Shown here piece by piece: positions 1 to 9,772 of a DNA stretch of 64,000 nucleotides. Positions within the stretch are counted from its first letter, which is position 1. Every line of letters begins with the position of its first letter. The position numbers and the translations under genes are program-made. The DNA comes from Balanoglossus misakiensis (taxonomy: Eukaryota; Animalia; Hemichordata), in NCBI GenBank assembly GCA_040954595.2, contig CM082581.2, positions 922,699 through 986,698 of the forward strand, read 5' to 3'. The notes beneath the pieces are model-generated. The model saw nothing but the letters and a program-made list of their open reading frames with translations. It did no database searches and was not told the origin of the DNA.

Positions 1-189
1 TGTTCCACAGAAAGTTGAGTTATACAGAGGAAAATTTATCACATTTTTCCCAGAGTATTTTTCATGTTCGTTGCGTTTGATTTTGACAAAGACTGATTCA
101 AGATGAATGCAGAGTTTGCACAGGACAATTCACAGTGACATTCGTATTCAAAAAGAGTTTTGAAACAATTTATCTTAAAGAAGAGGGGA

Positions 190-393
190 TGTAGTATTCT
201 GACAGCTACGATCAATATAGCGCCCTCTAGTGTTGCATTGTTGGTGTTCCACTTGTTTATGAATTGCTGTACGACGTCACTTCCGCCCAGATAAGGCGAA
301 GCACATTGTTGAGTCTTTTCAGCCGATCAATAAATAGGTTGTTGTTATACCTTATGATCGCATTATTATTCCCATGTTGATGGAAACATAACA
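190..393 (+). mobile_element. 3' LTR of an LTR retrotransposon (Gypsy-like); element body lies upstream of the window
   Basis: Polypurine tract AAAGAAGAGGGGA (177-189) directly precedes TGTAGT; AATAAA at 329-334; ends in ...ATAACA at 393 (TG...CA termini). Base composition changes abruptly after 393. Confidence 0.75.
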
Positions 394-394
394 G

Positions 395-1815
395 GGGGGA
401 CACCAACATCGTAGTCAGTGAGGTCATCTATGGTGGTGGGCGCGTCTTCCACTTGGCACTCCTCCGCGCACGCTTGGGGGATAAAAAATGCATCAAACAC
501 CCCTGGCGCGTCCTCGCTCCCCCTGCGTCGATGGATTCTGTGCGACTGCTTCCGCCCCCGTCCTCTCTGGTTGCTGTGTCCGGATTGATGATGTTTTCCG
601 GTGAGGTCGGATTTCCCGGAATTCTTCCTGTCGTGATTGGGATACCCACCTCAGCAGTATGCTAAGGACACGCCAGTGGATGAGAATCGCTGGTGTGGTG
701 GGGGAGCTCAGTCGGAACCTGTTCGGCACCTCCCACCCCTGGAAGACGCACAGGCGCTTCATCATCACCATGGACTCCGGTGAACAAAAGGATTCCGTAG
801 GGATCCGTCCAGGTCCGCCCCTGCGGATATAGAAGTCTAGCAGGTCGGGTATTTCATTTCCTGGACCACACAGCCAGTATAGGTGAGTTTCTCTAACGCC
901 TCCACCGCGTCCCGCTCGCGGAATACTACCGGCTTCTCAGTAAAAATAACTGGAAGGTGGCACTGAAAGGCGTGTTTCTTCAGTTTGCGCGTGGACCTCC
1001 GGCCTCCCGGGAACGGACATGGAGAAGGGCCTGATGAGTAATGTGGAACAGAGGATAGGGGGCTCCTTCAGGCCGGCCTGGCGCTCCTCCAGCGGCGTTC
1101 GTCTTCTTTGGGCGGTTCCGGCGTCGGATACCGGATCGGTGAGCGACGTCTGGGGCTGAGATCTCCCCAGCGTGAAAAGGATGGTCGTTCACGGGAAGGT
1201 GGGCGGTCCCGCCTTTCCTCTCGAGAACGCTCCGGTCGCGGCGACCGGGTTGGGGATCTGGACCTAGTAGGGCTGCCGGGGTGGCGTCGAAGTTCCCAGG
1301 GGATTAGATATTCCCCCGCCTCCAACGTCGCCTCCAGCTCCAATGGGTTGATCAGTGACTGCAGCGGCAGCATTTCTTGGCGTGGGGGTGATGGCTCCTA
1401 CAGCAGCCGTTGGTTTCCCCCGTCTCTCGCTACTGCTATTGGGGGTGATACACGGGTGCGGGGTGGGTCTGGCCCTTCCGACACCTCCATCGCCTGGTCC
1501 TTGTCACCACCGAGTACCTGTTTTTCCAGCTGCGGATCCCGGAAGATGCTCAAAGTTTCCTCCAGGTCGTCAGCTGCGGTGGTGGTTCTTGTGGGCTCTT
1601 GCGGGGAGATATGGCCAACGAATCCCCCACGTACGCGGCCTGGATTGAACTCCCGAGGTAGTGTGCAGGTTTTTATGGCTGCGTCGGATGGTACGGGCAG
1701 GTTGGCTTCGGTCTTTTCCTTCCCGTATACATGCATGGCCTCCTCCCGTACCGTGGACATCCATCCTATGTCGCCTAGAACCGTGGCTACCTGACAGTTC
1801 TCACGGAGCATCAGG
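395..1815 (-). pseudogene. Decayed GC-rich coding tract, probably from a mobile or multicopy element: Arg/Ser/Pro-rich region, degenerate C2H2-like motif, possible start of a TatD-like domain
   Basis: Minus-strand frames can be joined across stops and frameshifts: ORF 1398-1898 (part), ORF 1068-1373 (RSRSPTRSP...), CPFPGGRRSTRKLKKHAFQCHLP (~951-1020), ORF 493-771 (LCVFQGWEVPNRFRLSSPTTPAILIHWRVL), then GVFDAFF...DDLTDYDVGVP up to the LTR. The TatD link is recalled motif similarity only. Confidence 0.4.
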
Positions 1816-1835
1816 AACAGTATTTTATGTCTCAC

Positions 1836-2042
1836 CTCCACTTCAGTTGTCGCTGTTGTATTTAATGTGGACGATGTTTTATATCTGTTGATAACCAATG
1901 GGCCTAGTTTAACTGTGGCACCTACATCCAGTGGCAGCGCTGTTTTCTCACCCCAAAGGTTGACTTAAGCATCTCTTGTGCCATCAGTTATGGTCAGTTT
2001 ACGTCTCTTTGTAGAATTCGATGTATGTGTCACTGATTCATA
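1836..2042 (-). pseudogene. Exon encoding the C-terminal part of an RPA-like OB fold (one in-frame stop)
   Basis: Acceptor ttccactacag and donor GTGAGA; 207 nt, phase 0-0. Translates YESVTHTSNSTKRRKLTITDGTRDA*VNLWGEKTALPLDVGATVKLGPLVINRYKTSSTLNTTATTEVE, matching the OB pattern ITDxT...LWGE...VG..V...LNTT. Confidence 0.65.
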
Positions 2043-2227
2043 CTGTAGTGGAAATAAAATGGAAAACATTGAATGTTAATAATTACGAGTAGTAAATGTT
2101 GTGGAGAAATAGTGCAAGAGTGGTTGTTTTTTGTCAGTTGCTTTTTAAAATTTGAACTGCAAAATGATGAATCGATGGCAGTAATTTTGACCCGAGGTGA
2201 GTTGACAAGGCATGGTTGTATCATATA

Positions 2228-2625
2228 AATGGATTTTCAATGTACGTGATCGCATGGAGGCTGCCATATTGGATTACATCCGAAGACATTCCCATTGGGC
2301 TTCGGTTGAATTCGGGAAAGGTCTCTAAAATGTAATGGGTCATTCAATTTTGTAGAGTAAATTTCTAAAAATGTAGAAGATGGGAGGTTAAGATACCCAA
2401 AATGACTACGGCAAAAAAAAAGTCAGGCCCATAAGTTACGGGGTGCGATTATAACGTACCTTTGCTCTATCATAGAGGCAAATGGTATTATCTCTTCCAG
2501 TGGAAAAGTTCCAGAACGTTGCCATCCTGCTGCATACAAGGCACGCTAAACAGTTTCCCGTTGGCGGAATTCCGGATCTCGACATCCTCCATGAGGCGCA
2601 ATTTCAGTGCCACGCCTTGGCTGGT
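2228..2625 (+). repeat. Partial direct copy of foldback element B
   Basis: Near-identical to 5433-5895 but lacks ~5710-5780; the deletion is bounded by AAGTT microhomology. Confidence 0.85.
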
Positions 2626-2661
2626 TGGGGATGAGGGACCGGGAGCCGGGGATGCCATAAC

Positions 2662-5061
2662 GCCGTTAAACCTGAAAAATAGATTGAGAGTGGATATTGT
2701 TTTACACAATTTTTGAACATTGAAGTAAAGTATTAGAATGATGGAGTCCGATAAAAAAGTGAGTTGGTGATTGCGGCATCCGACTTCGTTATTAAAAATG
2801 GAAAGATTTGCGATTTGAGATTCGGTTACCATTTGCAAGTTTGAAAGGAAATATTTCATTGAAGCACAGTGGCAACTACTGGGTTATGGAGAATTTTTGA
2901 AATGTTGATGAACGGAGACTTATTAGAATCAATGAAAACCTACCTTTAACGGTGTTACGGTTACTAAACGTGAGAGACCGCTTGTCTCGTTCATCCGATT
3001 CTGAGCTCCTAGCTCTTGTGGAGACATGCGGAGGTACAGCGGGTTAACGGTTAGAAAGTGTTGATGAAAGAAATAAGTTTATAGGCCAATCAGGAGTTAG
3101 ATTCGAATGTCCGAAAATGAGAAACCGTAGGCGAACGCAACAGACAGCAATTTAAATTTGCATAACTAGAGGTTTGGGTGGAAAGATTTCAGAATTTAAC
3201 GCACATATACAGATATTTTGTAGTGGAAATTTGAGTATATTATAAATAGTACATGTAATAAGACTGTGAATTGATTTTATTTACTGACAATTAAATGAAG
3301 TTACCCTTTGAGTATGGGTGTTTATCGAGGGGGGGGGGGTCCAAAAAAATGTTAGAAACTGTTGAAGATGAAACCGGAAAGATGTAGCAAATTCGTTAGT
3401 TTTCCCTTTTTTGGAAATTATGCTCGAAGCGTGTGATTGGTCAATTAGTCAGAAGGGGATTGGTTGGAAATAGTCGAATATGATTGGGCAATAAGTTCGA
3501 AGCTGAAATCCCTCAGGCTGTATAAATACGGTGTTTGTGGCGTGTACTAATGGAGTATGGCTGGGGTGTGTTGTGTCGAGCAGTCTAGTATATCATTTGT
3601 GGGGCATTGAATATTTAGAACAAAGTTCTCTATGTCGGACTTCCTAACATATACTCGATCGTTGATAACAAAACGAGCAGATATTTTTGTGCAAATAGTG
3701 TGCGCAAAACAACAACTAAACATGAAGACAACAAGATAGTACTGCGTGCGGTGCGACTCGGTTGTAAGCGTCAAGTCAAAAACTGCAAAGACATGCAACA
3801 GGTGTAAATATAGTCGACTGAAATGCTGAAAAACCATGAATATCGATTGGCTCAAAGTGATGGGAATCGGCTCAACTTACCGGAGGGAATTGGTACATTA
3901 TATAACGAGTAAACTAGAACGAAAGAAATCCCAGCGTGAACACTGGAAATTGTTCATAAATTAATATTTATACATGTATGTGTATATTGCGTAACCTTCG
4001 AAAATTCGAATATCATTAGCACTTGGCCTAAAAAGTTGTGCATTGCGAGTGGGACACTGGGCAATTATTTTTATGGGCCGCCATCGCTATGCAGTTTAGA
4101 TGTAGTATTTTACTCAACGTTTACCGGCAAGTGAGTGATTTGCTTTCAGAAGGTAATGAGACGGAAATAAACTTATGCAATCAGAGTTAATTATTCGTGA
4201 GAATACAAACTTTTGTACTAGATTTATTGTAATTTTTCAGTGTATACTCCTGGCCTTCGCAGGACTTTCATTTTTTACCCGGTTTGTGTGTTTTCGGGTT
4301 ACCCATGGGCACTCTCTACCTGTTTTAAAACTCTGAACAAGTCGATGTCACGTGTATCATTTTATGTACGACGTACATCATTATAATAATGCTATAGTGA
4401 AGTTTTTAAAAAGGAAATATTTTTTTAGTGTTATTCTCTTCGTTTTTTTTATGACTGAAATATGCTTGTGCTTGATGGAAAAACCGGATTCAACCTTAGC
4501 TTAATATATGCATTATCGTTCGCAACTGACGTCATATAATGTAGCAATTTCCCTCCGGTTAAATTGAACCAATCGGCATTCCCGTTTTTCCACCATTTCA
4601 CTCGAATATCTAACTCCAGGATCCTGATTGGCCTATGTAATTAATCATTCCTTTCATCAACACTTCCTAACCGTTAACCCGCTGTACCTCCGCATGTCTC
4701 CACAAGAGCTAGGAGCTCAGAATCGGTCGGACGCAGACCAGCGGTCTGTCAGGTGTAGTAACCCTAACACCGTTAAAGGTAGGTTTTCATTTATTCTATT
4801 ATAAGTCTCCGTTCATCAACATTTCAAAGATTCTCAATAATGCAGTAGTTGCCACTGTACTTCAATGAAATATTTCCTTTCAAACTTGCAAATACTACTT
4901 GAACCGAATCGCAAACCTTTCCATTTTTAATAACGAAGTCGGATGCCGAAATTACCAACTCACTTTTTTTATCGGATTCCATCATTCTAATACTTTACTT
5001 CAATGTTCAAAAATTGTGTAAAACAATATCCACTTTCAATCTATATTTCAGGTTTAACGGC
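2662..5061. mobile_element. Foldback element A: non-autonomous DNA element with ~450-bp terminal inverted arms
   Basis: 2662-~3110 (GCCGTTAAACCTGAAA...) is the reverse complement of ~4595-5061 (...TTTCAGGTTTAACGGC). Further inverted homology between ~3860-3910 and ~4510-4582. No coding capacity and no clear TSD. Confidence 0.8.
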
Positions 5062-5089
5062 TATTTGTGCAACATTTGACAGTACTCAC

Positions 5090-5230
5090 ATCATGGACTT
5101 TTCCTACAACGCACACCCTCTTCTTCTGTGGAGATATCTCGACTTCTGATATCATTATTTGTGGCGGATGATACAATTCTGTTACAAATTTTTCAGGTAT
5201 ATCCGTCGCTTTTCGCCCGCAAGGTATGAT
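5090..5230 (-). pseudogene. Upstream exon of the same OB-fold gene (linker and first strand of the OB fold)
   Basis: Acceptor cttttttccag and donor GTGAGT; 141 nt, phase 0-0, open. Translates IIPCGRKATDIPEKFVTELYHPPQIMISEVEISPQKKRVCVVGKVHD and splices in frame to exon 2042-1836. Confidence 0.55.
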
Positions 5231-5336
5231 CTGGAAAAAAGTTTGGCGTAGTCTGTAAGTTGTGTGACTGAATCCGTAAAGGTGGCATTTGGAGGAAAAA
5301 TTTTGAGCATTTTTATCAGTAATCTAGTTTGTTTAA

Positions 5337-6260
5337 AATATTGGAACGCGATCAATAATAAATGCGACTTGTAAACGAGTGCCGCGTTTGAATCGGTATT
5401 GACGATAAACATCGGTAATCGGCGATGAAATCAATGGATTTTCAATGTACGTGATCGCATGGAGGCTGCCATATTGGATTACATCCGAAGACCTTCCGAT
5501 TAGGCTTCGGTTGAATTCGGGAAAGGTCTCTAAAATGTAATGGGTCATTCAATTTTGTAGAGTAAATTTCTAAAAATGCAGAAGATGGGAGGTTAAGATA
5601 CCCGAAATGACTACGGCAAAAAAAGGCCCATAAGTTTCGGGGTGCGATTATAACATACCTTTGCTCTATCATAGAGGCAAATGGTATTATATCTTCCAGT
5701 GGAAAAGTTGCGGAGCTGTATGTATTCTCTCTTCTGTTATCTGTTCAGCTATTTCGGATTTTCTTTCCAGAATTTAAGTTCCAGAACGTTGCCATCCTGC
5801 TGCATACAAGGCACGCTAAACAGTTTGCCGTTGGCTGAATTCCGGATCTAGACTGTATCCTCAATGAGGCACAATTTCACTGCCACTCCTTGGCTGCATG
5901 GTTGCAGATGATGGAGCTAAGGTACGTAACAATCGCACCCCGAAACGCCTGGGCCCTGTTTTGTGTGTAGTCATTGTTGGTATGTTAACCTCCCATGTCC
6001 TACATTTTTAGAAATTTAGTATACAAAATTGGATGACCGATTATGTTTTAGAGACCTTTCCCGAATCCACCTGAAGCCCAGTCGGAATGTCTTGGGATGT
6101 AACCTAAATTCAATATGGCCGCCTCCATGCGTTCACTTGCATTAAAAAAAAAAAAACGTTGATTTTATCTCCGAGTGGCGGTGTTTATCGTCAGTACCAA
6201 TTGAAACGCGGCACTCGCTTACAGGTCGCATTTTTATTTTTGAGCGCGTTCTAATATTCT
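5337..6260. mobile_element. Foldback element B with ~330-bp diverged inverted arms
   Basis: 5337-~5660 is the reverse complement of ~5925-6260 (e.g. ttcgggaaaggtctctaaaa vs ttttagagacctttcccgaa; gagtgccgcgttt vs aaacgcggcactc). Confidence 0.8.
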
Positions 6261-6381
6261 AGAAAGAAAAAAATGATAGTTTCGAGTACAGATTACATGT
6301 ATTTTAAAACGAGGTTTGGTCACAATGGTATCACTACTAAATGACTTACAATCGATGTTTTTAATTGTCTTTGCACCACAG

Positions 6382-6553
6382 TATGAATCCTGTGATGGTA
6401 AATCGCATTCAACTTAGAAGGCGTGGAGTAAGTGCAACTGATGGTAACTGGGATACCAAACTGAAACTTTTGGGAGAGAAAACCTTGCCATGCATGGACG
6501 TGGGTGGCACAGTTAAACTTGGGTTAAATACTACAGCGACAACTGAAGTCCCG
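6382..6553 (+). pseudogene. Second, more degenerate paralogous OB-fold exon in the opposite orientation
   Basis: Same boundaries as 2042-1836 (acag|TATGAATC ... ACAACTGAAGT..G|GTGAGA). Encodes TDGNWDTKLKLLGEKTLPCMDVGGTVKLGLNTTATTEVP. Length 172 nt, so frameshifted, with an internal deletion. Confidence 0.6.
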
Positions 6554-6812
6554 GTGAGATATTATAAAATACTCTTACATCATAAAATTGAAATCCTACA
6601 TGTCAATAATTTCATATTTTCACTAATGTTTAGCAAAAAACAACTGCTCTCAACAAACCTTACCCCTCCCACTCTTGTATTGTCAGTGCTTTGTAATCTA
6701 TCAGTAACAATCCATTTTTTTCTCTCAAGGTGTTAAAAGAACCTATAGCTACTGGTGATGACATGATACCGTCCATGGGGTGTTGGAGGTAATACACTTT
6801 GTAAGTATTAAC

Positions 6813-7799
6813 CAGTCAGGACGTAAGTGGGGTAATTACGGCGGTGAGATCAAAGAGATCTATTTGAATGTGAAAGTCGCTGAGTGGCAGTTACGGCCAG
6901 TTCGAAAAATGTTCAAACGGAGATTTTCGGTACTACAAGTGATCGTAGTGCACCCATTTTTCTAAGACGTGTATGAAACACCATAGTCAATGATAGGATG
7001 ATTTTTCGTGAAGTTTTAACGACGCTTTCCCGAGAAAGACAGTTTCGGTATGTTGGTTTAAATTGTGGTCCTTGACTCTCGGCAAAGATTTCTTGTCTTG
7101 AAAAAAATTGGGTAGGTTAGGAAGATATTGAACTAAGTTACCGTGAAATTATAATAGTGTGAGCCGCTCCGTTGTGGAGTAATGACGGTGTAAAAATTGC
7201 CTTCGCCATCGACGAGTACAGCCGTGTTTGCCATATGTGTATGCATTGAAGTAGGTCAACGCATGTTAACCCATGACGTAATGGCTTCCTTTTCAACGCG
7301 TCGTTATCTCTCATTAGCATATTACATACGGAGTCTATACACTATTCACGCTGACTGACTTCTCAGGACTGACCTATGGCACAGTAAATTATGGTCCTTG
7401 ACTCTCGGCATGGATATATTCATGTCAAAATTATGAATAGAGGAGTTTAATAATGTTTCTAAAACCTGAGGGGGTTAATTTTTGTGTGGGTATGGCTGAT
7501 ATTTTTTTTTTTGTAACTTCAAGGTCACTTTGAATTTCGTGATCACAATTTTGTCAGTGGAAGTAAAGAAATTCTTCTCGATAAAACTTCATGAAAAATC
7601 ACATGTAGTACACTCATAGTACCAGTAATGTGCCTGGGGTGAAATAATTGTCAGAAATGGGTTGCTAGTTGCTTAACTTTCGTTGTGAAAAAAGTTGAAA
7701 AACTGTATGCAAATGAGCAATTCAAACGTTACTGGCCAGTTCAAGTGTTTGCATTGCATGATCCCCTGCTGTTTAATTATCCCACTTACGTCCTGACTG
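6813..7799. mobile_element. Non-autonomous Tc1/mariner-like element (~990 bp)
   Basis: TIRs CAGTCAGGACGTAAGTGGGGTAATTA / TAATTATCCCACTTACGTCCTGACTG. TA follows the right end; the left TA is not intact. Confidence 0.65.
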
Positions 7800-9079
7800 T
7801 AACTGCAGTAGTTGCTTACATCAGACTCCCACTATCTGCACGCAAGTTGTGGATGGATTTGCAGAGAGAGAGGCTAGTACACGGCACTCATGTGGACCTG
7901 CACTACCACATTTCTATTCAACATCAGGTCTCTGAGTAAAAAGATGGCCATGTAAATTTTCTCTAAGTTTGTTAGAGAAATAAAGTACAACTTTAGTGTT
8001 TCACTAATTGAGTTTCAGTGTTCTTGTATTGTCTCGTTTGCCCCATGCCAACCTCAAAGTAAACGTCAAATTTGCCATTTTTGACTTATTTGTCCTTGTA
8101 GTGGGCCACATAGCATTTTAGTGCAACTTATGAAAATCTGAAGAACCAAATGCCTAATTTACCCATTCTGCACAGATTTATTTCAATGGTACAGACTTGA
8201 TGATCAGTATAGCGCCCTCTGTGGTAGTATTTGGGGGGGGGGGGGTTAACCTAGCCTTTGTATGTTTATCCCTGTCCGGTTCCATTCCACTTGTATCTAT
8301 GGTAACCTAATTATCAGCAGTAAAGGCCACAGCTTTGAAACAGTTTTAATATCAAGCACTCTGAATTACACGGCCATTCTCATTGGTGCATATAGTGTAG
8401 TCACGTTGTATTTTACTGCAACTGGTGATTATCCCACTTACGTCCTGACTGTAACTGCAGTAGTTGCTTACATCAGACTCCCACTATCTGCACGCAAGTT
8501 GTGGATGGATTTGCAGAGAGAGAGGCTAGTACACGGCACTCATGTGGACCTGCACTACCACATTTCTATTCAACATCAGGTCTCTGAGTAAAAAGATGGC
8601 CATGTAAATTTTCTCTAAGTTTGTTAGAGAAATAAAGTACAACTTTAGTGTTTCACTAATTGAGTTTCAGTGTTCTTGTATTGTCTCGTTTGCCCCATGC
8701 CAACCTCAAAGTAAACGTCAAATTTGCCATTTTTGACTTATTTGTCCTTGTAGTGGGCCACATAGCATTTTAGTGCAACTTATGAAAATCTGAAGAACCA
8801 AATGCCTAATTTACCCATTCTGCACAGATTTATTTCAATGGTACAGACTTGATGATCAGTATAGCGCCCTCTGTGGTAGTATTTGGGGGGGGGGGGTTAA
8901 CCTAGCCTTTGTATGTTTATCCCTGTCCGGTTCCATTCCACTTGTATCTATGGTAACCTAATTATCAGCAGTAAAGGCCACAGCTTTGAAACAGTTTTAA
9001 TATCAAGCACTCTGAATTACACGGCCATTCTCATTGGTGCATATAGTGTAGTCACGTTGTATTTTACTGCAACTGGTGA
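7776..9079 (+). repeat. Near-perfect tandem duplication of a ~652-bp unit
   Basis: 7776-8427 is repeated at 8428-9079; by eye the only difference is the poly-G length. Mirrored in ORF-track duplicates 8262/8913. Confidence 0.95.
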
Positions 9080-9484
9080 AAGTCTCCTAAAAAACCAAAT
9101 GTGTCTTTACCCACTGTGCACAGAGTATTTGAATGATACTCAGTTGATGGTCATATAGTATAGCGCCCTCTGTGGTAGTATTTTGATTATGGAGGTGGGG
9201 TTAAATCTTGTCTTTGCATATGTTTATCCCTGTCATGTTGCATTGGGCTTTTATCTATGGTAACCTAATTATCATCAGTAAAGGCCACAACTATGAAACA
9301 GTTTTAATATCAAGCACTCTCTGAATTACATGGCCATTCTCATTGGTGTATATAGTGTAGTCACGTTGTATTTTACTACAACTGATGAAAGTCTCCTAAA
9401 AAACCAAATGTGTCTTTACCCACTGTGCACAGAGTATTTGAATGATACTCAGTTGATGGTCATATAGTATAGCGCCCTCTGTGG
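8210..9484 (-). promoter_or_regulatory. Four co-oriented CTCF-like motifs (8210, 8862, 9161, 9470)
   Basis: TAGCGCCCTCTGTGG reads CCACAGAGGGCGCTA on the minus strand, close to the CTCF core CCACYAGRKGGCGCTA. Motif match only. Confidence 0.4.
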
Positions 9485-9772
9485 TAGTATTTTGATTATG
9501 GAGGTGGGGTTAAATCTTGTCTTTGCATATGTTTATCCCTGTCACGTTGCATTGGGCTTGTATCTATGGTAACCTAATTATCAGCAGTAAAGGCCACAAC
9601 TATGAAACAGTTTTAATATCAAGCACTCTCTGAATTACATGGCCATTCTCATTGGTGTATATAGTGTAGTCACGTTGTATTTTACTACAACTGATGAAAG
9701 TCTCCTAAAAAACCAAATGTGTCTTTACCCACTGTGCACAGAGTATTTGAATGATACTCAGTTGATGGTCAT
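9079..9772 (+). repeat. Tandem 309-bp units (2 full + 1 partial; related diverged copies at ~8125-8427 and ~8776-9078)
   Basis: aaagtctcctaaaaaaccaaatgtgtc recurs at 9079, 9388 and 9697. Confidence 0.92.

Noticed and set aside
1068-1373. SR splicing-factor-like RS domain
   Set aside because: Low-complexity similarity only; no RRM, and it is embedded in a frameshifted tract.
1108-1794. 228-aa plus-strand ORF
   Set aside because: Antisense shadow of the GC-rich minus-strand coding relic; no recognisable motifs.
1398-1898. 166-aa ORF as a single protein
   Set aside because: Chimeric: the first ~21 codons are the end of the OB exon, read through the GTGAGA donor into unrelated GC-rich sequence.
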